Notes under the pieces: generated by a model
What the model was told of the DNA's origin: nothing
Database searches by the model: none
What the model saw: the letters and a program-made list of their open reading frames with translations, nothing else
Assembly: GCA_051252375.1 (NCBI GenBank)
Contig: JBPOFY010000004.1
Coordinates: 256,001-320,000 of the forward strand
Length of the DNA stretch: 64,000 nucleotides
DNA from: Opitutaceae bacterium
GTDB taxonomy: Bacteria; Verrucomicrobiota; Verrucomicrobiia; Opitutales; Coraliomargaritaceae
Direction: 5' to 3'
Position numbers and translations under genes: made by a program
Part shown: positions 11,776 through 21,559 of the stretch, piece after piece
How positions within the stretch are numbered: position 1 is the stretch's first letter
How the letters are laid out: each line of letters starts with the position of its first letter

Positions 11776-12156
11776 ATGTTCAGCGAAGTTATCCAAGTTA
11801 GTTCAAAGGTCTTCCTTCTGGTTGGCAGCTTTACTATGGCTGCCACAATGCACGCCTACGAACAGGGCACATACATGATTTTTAACATCGTTGAGACCGC
11901 GAACACCGAAACGGCTGAGGTGGCACAAATACAGATTGAAAAATCACTTTTCAACCAGGCTGTCGAAACTGCATCAACCGAAACCGCTCAACTTGAAACG
12001 ACTTCAGATTTCGTCGTTGATTTCGCAAAAACCGAGACGACAAGCTCAGTATTCTCGGACGGGGCAGCCACGCAAAATTTTAGCACGCTCGACCTGACCG
12101 CGACAGAACAAACCACTGTTTTTGGCAATGGTGCCACATCAGTATTTGATCAATAA
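11776..12156 (+). CDS. Hypothetical secreted Thr-rich protein (start uncertain)
   Basis: Signal-like hydrophobic stretch ending in MHA; repeated TET motifs. Confidence 0.55.
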   Translation: MFSEVIQVSSKVFLLVGSFTMAATMHAYEQGTYMIFNIVETANTETAEVAQIQIEKSLFNQAVETASTETAQLETTSDFVVDFAKTETTSSVFSDGAATQNFSTLDLTATEQTTVFGNGATSVFDQ

Positions 12157-12160
12157 GCAC

Positions 12161-12817
12161 TCAAGACTTTTTAGTCACCTTAGGTCGCTTGCGATCAGGA
12201 TAGAGCGCACGGCAAATTTCACAAACGGTGCCATCGCATCCACGAGCCGAGCAATGCTCCCGACCGTAGAAAATAATCTGCAGGTGCAGCGCATTCCAAC
12301 TGCTCTCAGGGAACAGTCGTTTCAAATCACGTTCGGTCTGCACTACATTCTTCCCTGAGGTTAACCCCCAGCGCTGCGCCAATCGATGGATATGCGTATC
12401 GACTGGAAATGCAGGGACTCCAAATGCCTGCGACATGACCACCGATGCCGTCTTATGCCCCACCGCTGGTAGCGCTTCGAGCGCCTTCATATCAACCGGC
12501 ACCTTTCCACCATGTTGGTCGAGTAGTATTCGCGAGAGCCCGAAAATCCCTTTCGACTTCATCGGCGAAAGACCACAGGGGCGTATAATATCTTGGATCT
12601 CCTCAACCGACAATTTAATCATGGCCTCGGGTGTATCCGCGCGAGCAAAGAGTAAGGGTGTGATTTGGTTAACCCTGACATCGGTGCACTGAGCTGAAAG
12701 CAGCACCGCAATGAGTAGCGTATAAGGATCCTTATGGTCGAGCGGGATGGGTGTATTTGGATACAATTCGCCCAACCGTTGTTGGACATATGTGGCGCGC
12801 TCAGTCTTAGTCATCAC
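12161..12817 (-). CDS. nth: Endonuclease III
   Basis: LLSAQCTD, HhH LPAVGHKTA, VDTHIHR, C-terminal Cys cluster. Confidence 0.95.
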   Translation of the reverse strand: MMTKTERATYVQQRLGELYPNTPIPLDHKDPYTLLIAVLLSAQCTDVRVNQITPLLFARADTPEAMIKLSVEEIQDIIRPCGLSPMKSKGIFGLSRILLDQHGGKVPVDMKALEALPAVGHKTASVVMSQAFGVPAFPVDTHIHRLAQRWGLTSGKNVVQTERDLKRLFPESSWNALHLQIIFYGREHCSARGCDGTVCEICRALYPDRKRPKVTKKS

Positions 12818-12852
12818 CTAATAATGAACACGCACAGGAATCACTGTGCCAC

Positions 12853-12882
12853 AAAAAAAGCCGCCCCAACAGGACGGCTTTT
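12853..12882 (-). terminator. Intrinsic terminator of the TM2 gene
   Basis: aaaaaaagccg...cggctttt hairpin with a U-tract on the minus strand. Confidence 0.7.
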
Positions 12883-12904
12883 AGAAATACAATTTAGAGA
12901 TGGC

Positions 12905-13165
12905 TTAGAACCAACCTTTTTTACCGTTGATGTAAGTTCCAACGAAATCTTCGTCTGACTTGGTGAGATAAATAACACCTTCAACCAAACCAATGATGCC
13001 CATGACGAAACCCAACATTCCCAATGTGAGAATAGTGACGAGCAACATGATGATACCCTCTTTAGTGTAACCGAGGATGAATTTGTGAATACCGAATGCA
13101 CCTAAAAGAATCCCAAGGATTCCGGCGGCGATTTTCTTTTCTGAACCTGCTGGTTTGTCTGACAT
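12905..13165 (-). CDS. TM2-domain membrane protein
   Basis: KIAAGILGILLGAFGIHKFILG, IYLTKSDEDF. Confidence 0.9.
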   Translation of the reverse strand: MSDKPAGSEKKIAAGILGILLGAFGIHKFILGYTKEGIIMLLVTILTLGMLGFVMGIIGLVEGVIYLTKSDEDFVGTYINGKKGWF

Positions 13166-13255
13166 AATGATATAATGGGTTATAGTTGGTGAGAGAACGG
13201 AGCGTAACGGCAGAACGGGTGAATTATCCAGAAAAAAGTGGCTTCAGCAATCCCC

Positions 13256-13921
13256 CTAGAAAGACAAAGGCCAAGTATATTTCGCACGAACAGGCACACC
13301 GTTCCGCATCGGCGGACTGAAACGCGATGCCTCGGCAGCCTGCTTTGCAGCGGGGATGAGTGCGGCATGCGTGTAATTGACCACCTCGACCACCGAAGTC
13401 GCTCCTCGCTCATCCAATGCAACTAGCAAAATCACCTGCTTAGTTCCTTGCCGGCGCATCAAACGCTGAAACTCTGCAGATTGTTGTGATTTCGGTCGGC
13501 CTTCTCGAACGAGACGCGGGATCTCGTCCAACTCATCAAAGCCAAACAACCGAATCATCTCCTCCGTCGATTCAGTCGTTAAATCAAACTGAAAAGAACC
13601 GTCGATGTTTATATCGCCACCAGTGCCTGGGTTCAAGCTGAGCTCCAATTGCTCTAAACTTGGCATAGGTGGTGGCGTATTCAACTCAGGCGGCGGCTCT
13701 TCTTGTTCGTCCGGTGGGGGCACGTCCGGTGCCTCAGGTGGTGGCGGAGGCGGCGGGGCGGCGACTTCAACTACTTCAAAAATTTCCACCGTTTTCAGAG
13801 GTGACTGAAAAAGCTGAGTCAACGGCACAAGCATGAACAGCAAGCCAGCACACAACAACCCAATCAATAAGCTAAAACCAAACCCACGGTTCGGTGATGG
13901 TGGTTTGTAAAGCTGCGACAT
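13256..13921 (-). CDS. TonB-family energy transducer
   Basis: N-terminal TM helix, polyproline linker, C-terminal RFSP..RNGVPV. Confidence 0.8.
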   Translation of the reverse strand: MSQLYKPPSPNRGFGFSLLIGLLCAGLLFMLVPLTQLFQSPLKTVEIFEVVEVAAPPPPPPPEAPDVPPPDEQEEPPPELNTPPPMPSLEQLELSLNPGTGGDINIDGSFQFDLTTESTEEMIRLFGFDELDEIPRLVREGRPKSQQSAEFQRLMRRQGTKQVILLVALDERGATSVVEVVNYTHAALIPAAKQAAEASRFSPPMRNGVPVRAKYTWPLSF

Positions 13922-13945
13922 TAAGCGAACGAAGCTGTCGAAACC

Positions 13946-14449
13946 CTACCTTTGCGAATTCTCGATTTCATTGTCGATTCGGTTCCCCCGATCCTCCAAC
14001 TGAGAACTACTTTTATCAAGAAAATCAACCACTGTATAGGCACCTAATAATGCACCCGCCCCAGCTCCGGCGCTCATCAAAAAAATAAAAGCGCTCAATA
14101 CAAAGCTCAGGTCGAAAATACGACGTGATAATACCAGCAACGATCCTAGGACAAGCCCGGCAAATCCGACCCATGGTATGTAAGCTGCCCAATCCTCTTC
14201 TATATCGGACACAGCAAAAACTTCTATCGCGGCGTATGCGAGCCCTCCGAAAACGATTGGTAGCAACACACCTAAACTGATCATAATAAAACCGCCCTTT
14301 CCGCCGAACATGCCCACGAGGACTCGCGCCGTCACCAAAGCTCCCAACAAGGCAACTCCTAGGACAACATAAAACTCGTTTGTGCCCACTTCATAACCAA
14401 AGACAAACGACAACAAATGCAGGAGTGATTCCAGAATAGGTTCAGACAT
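13946..14449 (-). CDS. Hypothetical membrane protein
   Basis: 167 aa with about four hydrophobic helices. Confidence 0.7.
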   Translation of the reverse strand: MSEPILESLLHLLSFVFGYEVGTNEFYVVLGVALLGALVTARVLVGMFGGKGGFIMISLGVLLPIVFGGLAYAAIEVFAVSDIEEDWAAYIPWVGFAGLVLGSLLVLSRRIFDLSFVLSAFIFLMSAGAGAGALLGAYTVVDFLDKSSSQLEDRGNRIDNEIENSQR

Positions 14450-14561
14450 AATAATCGGCGTTAAATAAAATGATGCGCTACAGATAACGCGATTTCATAC
14501 CGATGGCGATTGTTTTCTGAGCCGCCAAACCACCCAGTCTAAACAGGGAAAAGACAGATCC

Positions 14562-15107
14562 TTACTTCTTATTTTCCTTCTTCTTGTCTTTCTTTTTTTC
14601 GGATTTCTTCGAACCCTTCTTCTTTTTCTTACCGCGCAATAGCTTCTTCACTTTTTTACGCTGATCCTCGCGAACGATATAGCCGATACAATCATCTGTG
14701 CCACAGAGGCAGGGGTGATCCAAAAAGTGCTCCATGTCATAACCATAGTCATAGACCAACTCCTCACCTTTCTTAATATCCTTGCGGGCCACGATCCAAA
14801 TCTCACCATCGAAATTGATAGCTTCACAATTCCCATCGCAGGAATGATTCATGTAGCGAGCAGGGTTTTCACCCTCACGGCCATCGATGTCCCACTCATC
14901 ATCGACCTCAAAAATATAGACAAGCCCTTCACCGGTCTTACGTGCCTTTTCTTCCCATTCCAGTGCACGTCGAGAGGACTCTTCCTTGGAGATTTTCTCT
15001 CCAACATATTGTATGATCTTAGTCTCCTCTTCGATGTCGCAAGTAGCAAATAAACCACTCTGATGAATGGATGAGGAATCAACTGTGCATAGCTTATTTG
15101 TAGACAT
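14562..15107 (-). CDS. SET-domain protein-lysine methyltransferase with post-SET motif and Lys-rich tail
   Basis: [28 protein letters not shown]. Confidence 0.92.
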   Translation of the reverse strand: MSTNKLCTVDSSSIHQSGLFATCDIEEETKIIQYVGEKISKEESSRRALEWEEKARKTGEGLVYIFEVDDEWDIDGREGENPARYMNHSCDGNCEAINFDGEIWIVARKDIKKGEELVYDYGYDMEHFLDHPCLCGTDDCIGYIVREDQRKKVKKLLRGKKKKKGSKKSEKKKDKKKENKK

Positions 15108-15176
15108 AAACAAATGTTAAACGAAGCAGGAAAAATTCTGGCAAGGTAATAGATACTTCTTTGCTACGAATTCAAC

Positions 15177-16007
15177 TTACAGACACACTCGCAAACGATC
15201 CTCTAGCACTTCCAATAGTAATGGGTGCTCTCCGAGTAGAGGAGTGATGTAAACGTTCTCAAATATCTCTTGGTCGCGCAGACCGTCACAAATTTCAACC
15301 ACATCGCCACCTTCGCCCGCGTGGCGACCAGGCAATAGAAAGAACATCGCGACAACACAATCACGACGATTCTTCGCGACCGTATCGATCCGCTCCAACA
15401 GTGGCTCGTTGAATGCATACTCGGATCCATTGCGTCGCTCCATGGAGCTTGCAATAACTTCCAAGACTTCGCCGCCCAACAAAGTCGACAACTGCTCTGC
15501 GACCGCATTGCGAACTACATTGACCGACTCCACGGGCGTGCCGTGATCCACCAACACGACTGTCGGGCGCTGTATTTCGTGCCGTGCCAGAAGCGCTCGA
15601 ACATGGTCCGCGAGCATTTGTGCCAACCGAGTATCCGGCTGCCGCACATCCGGACCAGCTAAAGGGTCGGCTATCCGCACCGATACATCGGGTGCCATTT
15701 GGCGCGCCTCTTCAATAAGCTCTGGTAAATAGTGGCGTATCGCCGAGCTCGGCCCGAGGAAAAGCGGTAGCATGATAAATGAGCGTTCTCCCGCTTCAAT
15801 ACACTCTCGTAAACGGCGACGCACAATCGTCGCGGGCTCACCCCCGAGGGCTGATGCATCGACCTTGTGCGAATGCAACAAACTGACAGGTTCCACCAAA
15901 CAGCCTGCGCGGATCGACAGTTGTCCCGCCAAAGCCCTGAGCGCAAGAGTCGCCTGCGGACGCAGCGATCCGTTATCGATAAGAAAAACTGTGGGCGATG
16001 ATTTCAT
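15177..16007 (-). CDS. CbiX/SirB-family chelatase-like protein
   Basis: DNGSLRP, SLLHS, PLFLGPS, DHGTP, FLLPGRHAG. Confidence 0.8.
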   Translation of the reverse strand: MKSSPTVFLIDNGSLRPQATLALRALAGQLSIRAGCLVEPVSLLHSHKVDASALGGEPATIVRRRLRECIEAGERSFIMLPLFLGPSSAIRHYLPELIEEARQMAPDVSVRIADPLAGPDVRQPDTRLAQMLADHVRALLARHEIQRPTVVLVDHGTPVESVNVVRNAVAEQLSTLLGGEVLEVIASSMERRNGSEYAFNEPLLERIDTVAKNRRDCVVAMFFLLPGRHAGEGGDVVEICDGLRDQEIFENVYITPLLGEHPLLLEVLEDRLRVCL

Positions 16008-16187
16008 TTAGAGGCCTAGCCGCGAGAATTGGGCGATGCGCCAAACTGCAAAGTTTTCACGAATTAGCAATCTTCGCCAAGCAAAGCATGCCCCAGTGGC
16101 ATTATTTATTCACAATGCCCTCTTTTCTCTCTCAGATTAAAGGAAAATGTTTGCGAGATGGAAACGATATGCCACATTCGTCGCACT

Positions 16188-16772
16188 ATGTATAAGACGG
16201 CTCGATATTTCTTTACCCTACTCCTCGTTGCAATCCTCCTCCCAGCTTGCACAAAAAAGCAGCCACCAAGTGGCTACGGCTCCGATACGGGCATGGGTAG
16301 CGGTAGCGGTAGTGGCGCTGACTACGGCGACATCGTCCCCAGTTTGGAAGGCGACTACGGTCTCGGCGCTGAAGGCTTGGAAGCCCGTGCTGCAGGTGAT
16401 GGCATTAATGGCAACAAATATGGAGATTGGGACATGGTTGAAGGCATCCTTCCCTCCGTCTATTTCGGCTTCGACTCTTCCTCCATTTCTGCGTCTGAGC
16501 GCGCGAAACTCCAGCAAGCGGCTGACTACCTCATGGACAATCCAGCCGAGGCTCTCCTCATCGAGGGTCACTGCGACTGGTATGGCACAGCAGAATATAA
16601 CATTGCTCTCGGTGAGCGCCGCGCCATCAGCGCGAAAGACTACATCACGACCTTGGGCATCAGCCCTAGCCGTGTAAACACTCTCTCCAAAGGTAGCCTC
16701 GAGTCCACCTCAGGTCTCTCCAAAGAGCAGTCTTCCCAAGACCGCCGCGCCGACTTGATCATCCTCAAGTAA
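16188..16772 (+). CDS. pal: Peptidoglycan-associated lipoprotein / OmpA-domain lipoprotein
   Basis: Lipobox LPAC; YFGFDSS, IEGHCD..GTAEYNIALGERRA, DRRA. Confidence 0.85.
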   Translation: MYKTARYFFTLLLVAILLPACTKKQPPSGYGSDTGMGSGSGSGADYGDIVPSLEGDYGLGAEGLEARAAGDGINGNKYGDWDMVEGILPSVYFGFDSSSISASERAKLQQAADYLMDNPAEALLIEGHCDWYGTAEYNIALGERRAISAKDYITTLGISPSRVNTLSKGSLESTSGLSKEQSSQDRRADLIILK

Positions 16773-16792
16773 TCAGCGATTACCACTTTAAC

Positions 16793-16830
16793 AAAAACGC
16801 CCGCCGGTTAATGCCGACGGGCGTTTTTTT
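16793..16830 (+). terminator. Intrinsic terminator, probably bidirectional
   Basis: aaaaacgcccgccgg...ccgacgggcgttttttt. Confidence 0.85.
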
Positions 16831-16849
16831 GTATTCACTTATCTCCGAG

Positions 16850-16926
16850 TGTAGCCACGTCACTCTGTGACGTGTTGGTCAAAAAAACATAGTCCCCAAT
16901 ACACGGCACAGAGTGCCGTGGCTACA
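16850..16926. repeat. GTAG-type REP doublet (REPIN), family B
   Basis: tgtagccacgtcactctgtgacgtgt ... acacggcacagagtgccgtggctaca as inverted arms, each with an internal hairpin. Confidence 0.85.
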
Positions 16927-16955
16927 ACATATGGGGTTAAAAAATATAGCCCCAC

Positions 16956-17207
16956 CTATCCCGCCGCCAACAAAGCCTCCTTTTCGGAACGAGACAGCTG
17001 CTTGATTCGATACTCCTCAGCGCAGGCCTCCGAGCGCGTGCCGATCTCTGATTGATACTCCAATTTCAGCGGTCCCCGACCACGCGTGTATTTTGCGCCT
17101 TTCGGACCTTGGGATTGATGCTCCTCAAAGCGGCGCGCCACATCGATGGCTACACCCGTATATAAAGTTCCATCCGCACAGCGCAGTATATACACACTCC
17201 AAGTCAT
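16956..17207 (-). CDS. Small GIY-YIG nuclease (UPF0213/YhbQ-like)
   Basis: VYILRCADGTLYTG, RR..EH, GAKYTRGRGP, E..IK. Confidence 0.92.
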   Translation of the reverse strand: MTWSVYILRCADGTLYTGVAIDVARRFEEHQSQGPKGAKYTRGRGPLKLEYQSEIGTRSEACAEEYRIKQLSRSEKEALLAAG

Positions 17208-17629
17208 CCGATTGAGGAATCGGTGATCACACCATCGAGATAATGCCAGGCACCTGCATGGCGCTTAAAACGGGAATGCTCATGATGCACAGAAGTTTGC
17301 CCGCCTTGTAAATAGGTCGCCTTGAACTCTACCTTGCCGGTCTTATCCGATGGCGCCCCTTGAAAGGTGCTGACGATTTCGAGACCGACCCATTGAATCG
17401 TCTCATATGTGGTTTGATATGCCACTTTAAGATCTTTCGCTCGCTTATCCGGATGAGTCGTCTGCAGCAGATAATCAATCTCCCCCATCACGTAAGCGGC
17501 ATAACGAGAACGCATCAGTGCATCAGCTGTCGGCGCTTTTGCGGTGCCACCGTGATAGCGACCGCAGCATAGATCGTAGTCAGTTTCACTGCCACACGGA
17601 CATGCGCTCTGCGTTGCTGGCAGTGACAT
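17204..17629 (-). CDS. YchJ-family (SEC-C / NTF2-like) protein
   Basis: CPCGS..Y..CC, ALMRSRY.AY, VEFKA, HEHSRF, WHYLDG. Confidence 0.92.
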   Translation of the reverse strand: MSLPATQSACPCGSETDYDLCCGRYHGGTAKAPTADALMRSRYAAYVMGEIDYLLQTTHPDKRAKDLKVAYQTTYETIQWVGLEIVSTFQGAPSDKTGKVEFKATYLQGGQTSVHHEHSRFKRHAGAWHYLDGVITDSSIG

Positions 17630-17631
17630 AA

Positions 17632-19092
17632 TTACCTCACCCGCAGCACAATAAAGCGCTTCGTGCCTGCAAACCATGTGTAGAAACGATTGGCACCTTC
17701 CTTCAGATGCGCCTGCACCTCTTCGGGTGTCGAAACAGCCTGACCATTGACCTCCAAAATCACCACGCCGCGGGAAAACTCTTCGATCTCACTGTAGAGA
17801 GAATCAGGAGACACACTCTCAACGAGCACCCCTTCGATCTGTTTCGGGATCGCGAAAGCTTTCCGACCCATCTCATCCATTTGGCTCAAGGTAACCCCCT
17901 CCAGTATCCCCTGTTCGGGCTCAACGATCGCCACTGAGCCATTCAAACTCCCGAGGACCACTTGCAATGACATGGGTTTACCTTGCCGCACCAATTCCAC
18001 TGCGACTTCGGTCCCAGGCATCATCTGCGAAACCACCAAGCGAAGTTGCGGTGCCGATTCGATTTCGACGTCGTCGATACGCAGAATGACATCCCCATGA
18101 AGAATACCGCCACGTTCAGCGGGAGAGTCTGGCTGCACTTGATTAACGAGTGCACCACGCGTGCTGTCCAAGCCAAACGCTTCGGCCATATCGCGATCTA
18201 GATTCTCGGGAAACAAGCCCAACAGACCGCGAGGCACCTCACCGCTTTCGATCAAGTTACGCACCACGTTTAGCGCTAAATCCAATGGGATCGCAAAACC
18301 GATGCCGTTACTGCCACCCGAGCGTGAAACAATCGCGGTGTTGAGACCGACCAAGCGCCCCCAAGCATCGATCAGTGCACCACCCGAGTTACCTAAATTA
18401 ATCGCAGCATCGGTCTGAATAAAATCCTCATACGCACCAGGCCCTAATATCTGACGAGAGTTACGCCCTGTGGCCGAGACGATACCTTGCGTCGCAGTTA
18501 GCCCAACATCCAAAGGATTGCCGATAGCAAAGACCACATCGCCCACACGTAGTTTCTGACTATCCGCAATAGTCAATGCAGGCAGTGGATCCTCCGTTTC
18601 GATTTTCAAGACGGCAACATCCGTCTTCGTATCCGAGCCAATCAACTCAGCGACATACTCACTATTATCACTCAACCGGATAAGTATCTCATCTGCAGCT
18701 TCTCCTCGAAGACCCGTCACGACATGCTCATTCGTTACGATGTATCCATCACTCGAAATAATCACTCCCGACCCAACACCGAGCGATTCACGGCGCTCGC
18801 GTTGCGGCTGTGCGGAATCATTCTGCCCCGGCGCCGGCAATCCAAACTGGCGAAAGAACTCGGGGACTTGCTGAGGTGCGGCATTCGCACCACCGGTGAT
18901 CCGTGAAGTATAAACCGAGACAACCGAGGGTGTGGCTTGCTCCAAAACGTCTGCGTAAGATACCACTGGGCGACCAGCCTCTTGCACGATGGCGCGTGTG
19001 TCTTGGCTCACATTTAATGGTGGGTTTTCCTCCGCAAAAGACAGTCCATAGGTGGCAGCCAATGCGAACAACGAAGTAGCGATCAATTTCAT
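17632..19092 (-). CDS. degP: DegP/HtrA serine protease with PDZ domains
   Basis: Signal peptide, GSGVII, TNEHV, IQTDAAINLGNSGG, two PDZ-like regions. Confidence 0.92.
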   Translation of the reverse strand: MKLIATSLFALAATYGLSFAEENPPLNVSQDTRAIVQEAGRPVVSYADVLEQATPSVVSVYTSRITGGANAAPQQVPEFFRQFGLPAPGQNDSAQPQRERRESLGVGSGVIISSDGYIVTNEHVVTGLRGEAADEILIRLSDNSEYVAELIGSDTKTDVAVLKIETEDPLPALTIADSQKLRVGDVVFAIGNPLDVGLTATQGIVSATGRNSRQILGPGAYEDFIQTDAAINLGNSGGALIDAWGRLVGLNTAIVSRSGGSNGIGFAIPLDLALNVVRNLIESGEVPRGLLGLFPENLDRDMAEAFGLDSTRGALVNQVQPDSPAERGGILHGDVILRIDDVEIESAPQLRLVVSQMMPGTEVAVELVRQGKPMSLQVVLGSLNGSVAIVEPEQGILEGVTLSQMDEMGRKAFAIPKQIEGVLVESVSPDSLYSEIEEFSRGVVILEVNGQAVSTPEEVQAHLKEGANRFYTWFAGTKRFIVLRVR

Positions 19093-19203
19093 AATGTCAT
19101 ATACTGTGGTTAGATAACGAAAGAGACAAACTAGATTCAACATCTGTCTGATCAACATGACATAGCGCGAAACACGAGGTTCCGCACAAATTCACTCCAC
19201 TCG

Positions 19204-20754
19204 TTAGAGAAGATCTGCAGCCAATTCAGCGAGCTCGGAACGCACACCCGTCATCAACTCCAGGTGAGCGGTGATCTCTGTGCCCTTCAAGCGTTGCGCG
19301 GTGTGAACCAAACCGTTTGACCAAGCATCGAGGAACATGCTGTCCACCTGATACGGATCACCGAGTAAGATAACTTTTGAGCCCTCCGCCATACGACTGA
19401 CGACAGTCTTGGCTTCGTGTGGCGTCAGATTCTGCGCTTCGTCGATTATAAAGATGGTGTTGGCGAGCGAACGGCCGCGGATGAAAGTCATGGCTTCCAC
19501 CTCAACGATACCATAGTCGAAGAGAAACTGATATGGCTTACGCGTCTTGTTGCTTTCTTCCTCATCCGAATCACCGTGCGCGGGTTGCTTAGCGAGCTTA
19601 GCCATCGCCTTCTTGCGCTTACGGTTCGAGGTGATGCGATCGATCTCCGAATGCCCCTTTTGAGGTTCCTCTGGCTTGACAATTTTTCGGTTACTAAAGA
19701 GCACCTCCAAATTATCATAAAACGGCGCAATGTAGGGAGCCATCTTCTCATCTAGGGTGCCTGGCAATGCTCCAGTATCTTTACCGATATGCACCAAAGG
19801 TCGCGTGATAAAGACACGCTCATAGAGGTTGTCTTCACCAAGTGTTTGGTAGAGCGCCATCGCGATACTAACTAAGGTCTTACCGGTGCCTGCTTTACCG
19901 CAGCAAGTGACCAACTTAATGTCCTCGTCGAGTATGGCATCCATCAGCATGCGCTGCTCATCGTTGAGTGGATGAATTTTGATACCCTTCGGAATCTTAA
20001 TGCCCACCTCATTACCGAGAATCAACGCCTCAATCTGACCATCCCCGCGATAACGGGCTGGCTCGCTGCTGACGCCATCACTGATAAAGATATATTCATT
20101 GAGAAACAAATGACTGGTCTGCTCGGGTGAAAGATCGACGCCGTGCTCCTCGATAAAACGCACATAGTCCGGCTTCTCAACAGTCAGCGTCTTGCAACCG
20201 CCACCGATCTTGGAGGACGTCACTTTGTCGTTCATGTAGTCCTGCACTTCGAGACCGAGCGCGATACCCTTCAGCGCCATGTTCGCGTCTTTCGTGACCA
20301 AGATCACCCGCTGATCATCGCAAACTTCCTTCAAGAAAAAGACAGAAGCCAAAATACGGCTGTCCATTTTCTCCATATCCACCAGCGTGGCTTTGAGGCG
20401 GTTCATACCTTCGCTGGCTGGATCGCCGCCTACAAAATAATCGTTGATCACCACGATCAAACGACCGCCATTGGCAAGGTCGCGGCTCAAGGCCGAGCTC
20501 CCTTTATCCTTCATTTCAGGCGGCACTGCGAGTTCGTCGTCAAACAGCGCACGTAAATCGCGATGAATTTTTCGAGCCGCAAATCCGAGCTCCCCAGGAG
20601 CAGATTTCTTTCGATCCAGTTCTTCGAGAACCTCGACCGGGATGGCTAATGTATTATCCTCAAACTTATGTAGACACTGGGGGTCATGAAGGAGGACGTT
20701 GGTATCAAGGACAAATATTTTGGCCTTGTTTTTGAGCGATTTTTGTTTCGGCAA
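19204..20754 (-). CDS. PIN-domain plus PhoH-family ATPase (PhoH2/YlaK-like)
   Basis: [38 protein letters not shown]. Confidence 0.93.
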   Translation of the reverse strand: MPKQKSLKNKAKIFVLDTNVLLHDPQCLHKFEDNTLAIPVEVLEELDRKKSAPGELGFAARKIHRDLRALFDDELAVPPEMKDKGSSALSRDLANGGRLIVVINDYFVGGDPASEGMNRLKATLVDMEKMDSRILASVFFLKEVCDDQRVILVTKDANMALKGIALGLEVQDYMNDKVTSSKIGGGCKTLTVEKPDYVRFIEEHGVDLSPEQTSHLFLNEYIFISDGVSSEPARYRGDGQIEALILGNEVGIKIPKGIKIHPLNDEQRMLMDAILDEDIKLVTCCGKAGTGKTLVSIAMALYQTLGEDNLYERVFITRPLVHIGKDTGALPGTLDEKMAPYIAPFYDNLEVLFSNRKIVKPEEPQKGHSEIDRITSNRKRKKAMAKLAKQPAHGDSDEEESNKTRKPYQFLFDYGIVEVEAMTFIRGRSLANTIFIIDEAQNLTPHEAKTVVSRMAEGSKVILLGDPYQVDSMFLDAWSNGLVHTAQRLKGTEITAHLELMTGVRSELAELAADLL

Positions 20755-20879
20755 GGGACTAGTATTGGTAACAACTTAATTGCAAGCTGCCAATTGCAGC
20801 CTGCGGTTATTGAACTATCATCTCCCACCCATGTCAGGCGCAAGCCGTAAACACGTTCGCTCACTTTTTTACCCAAACT

Positions 20880-21557
20880 ATGACAGATTTAAACCAATTA
20901 GAGGCCAAAATCGGCTACCAGTTCAAAGATTCGGGGCAACTTCGTCTCGCCCTCACCCACCCCAGTTGCGATTTGCCCAGCGGCGACAACCAACGACTCG
21001 AATTTTTAGGCGATGCCGTGCTCGATCTCGTCATCGCCGAGGCACTCTATACCACCTACGAAAACATCAACGAAGGCACGATGGATCGCCTGCGTGCAAG
21101 TATCGTCAACGGCAAGTCACTCTCCAGGAAAGCCTTAGATGTCGATCTCGGCGAGTTCCTGCAAGTCAGCGACGCTCACAGAGAACATCACCCCGATCCC
21201 AGCCACGCCATGCTTGAAGATGCGCTTGAAGCGATCTTTGGGGCGATTTTCCTCGATGGCGGTATGGACGCTGCCCGCGGAACCATCCTCAAGCTCTTCG
21301 GCCGGAACATCGAATACGCCGACACCGGGCAATCTTCCAAAAATTCAAAAGGTCGCCTCCAAGAATGGGCCCAACAAAAGCACAAAGGAGTCATTCCCGA
21401 ATACAACTCACTCTCAGAGAGCGGTCCTGACCACGACCGCCATTACACCGCCTCTGTATCAATTCAGGGCACAGTGCTCGCAGAAGGCAGTGGCAGCTCT
21501 AAAAAAGCCGCTGAATCCGCAGCAGCCAAAGCCGCGCTGAATACGATCAAAATATAA
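20880..21557 (+). CDS. rnc: Ribonuclease III
   Basis: [26 protein letters not shown]-terminal dsRBD (GPDH, G.GSSKK.AE). Confidence 0.95.
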   Translation: MTDLNQLEAKIGYQFKDSGQLRLALTHPSCDLPSGDNQRLEFLGDAVLDLVIAEALYTTYENINEGTMDRLRASIVNGKSLSRKALDVDLGEFLQVSDAHREHHPDPSHAMLEDALEAIFGAIFLDGGMDAARGTILKLFGRNIEYADTGQSSKNSKGRLQEWAQQKHKGVIPEYNSLSESGPDHDRHYTASVSIQGTVLAEGSGSSKKAAESAAAKAALNTIKI

Positions 21558-21559
21558 AC

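Noticed and set aside
16275..16320. ggtagc tandem repeat in pal, and Ala/Pro repeats in accB and the TonB gene
   Set aside because: They encode ordinary low-complexity linkers
16956..17207. GIY-YIG gene as a homing endonuclease or mobile element
   Set aside because: 83-aa stand-alone UPF0213 type, translationally coupled to ychJ, with no intron or extra DNA-binding domain
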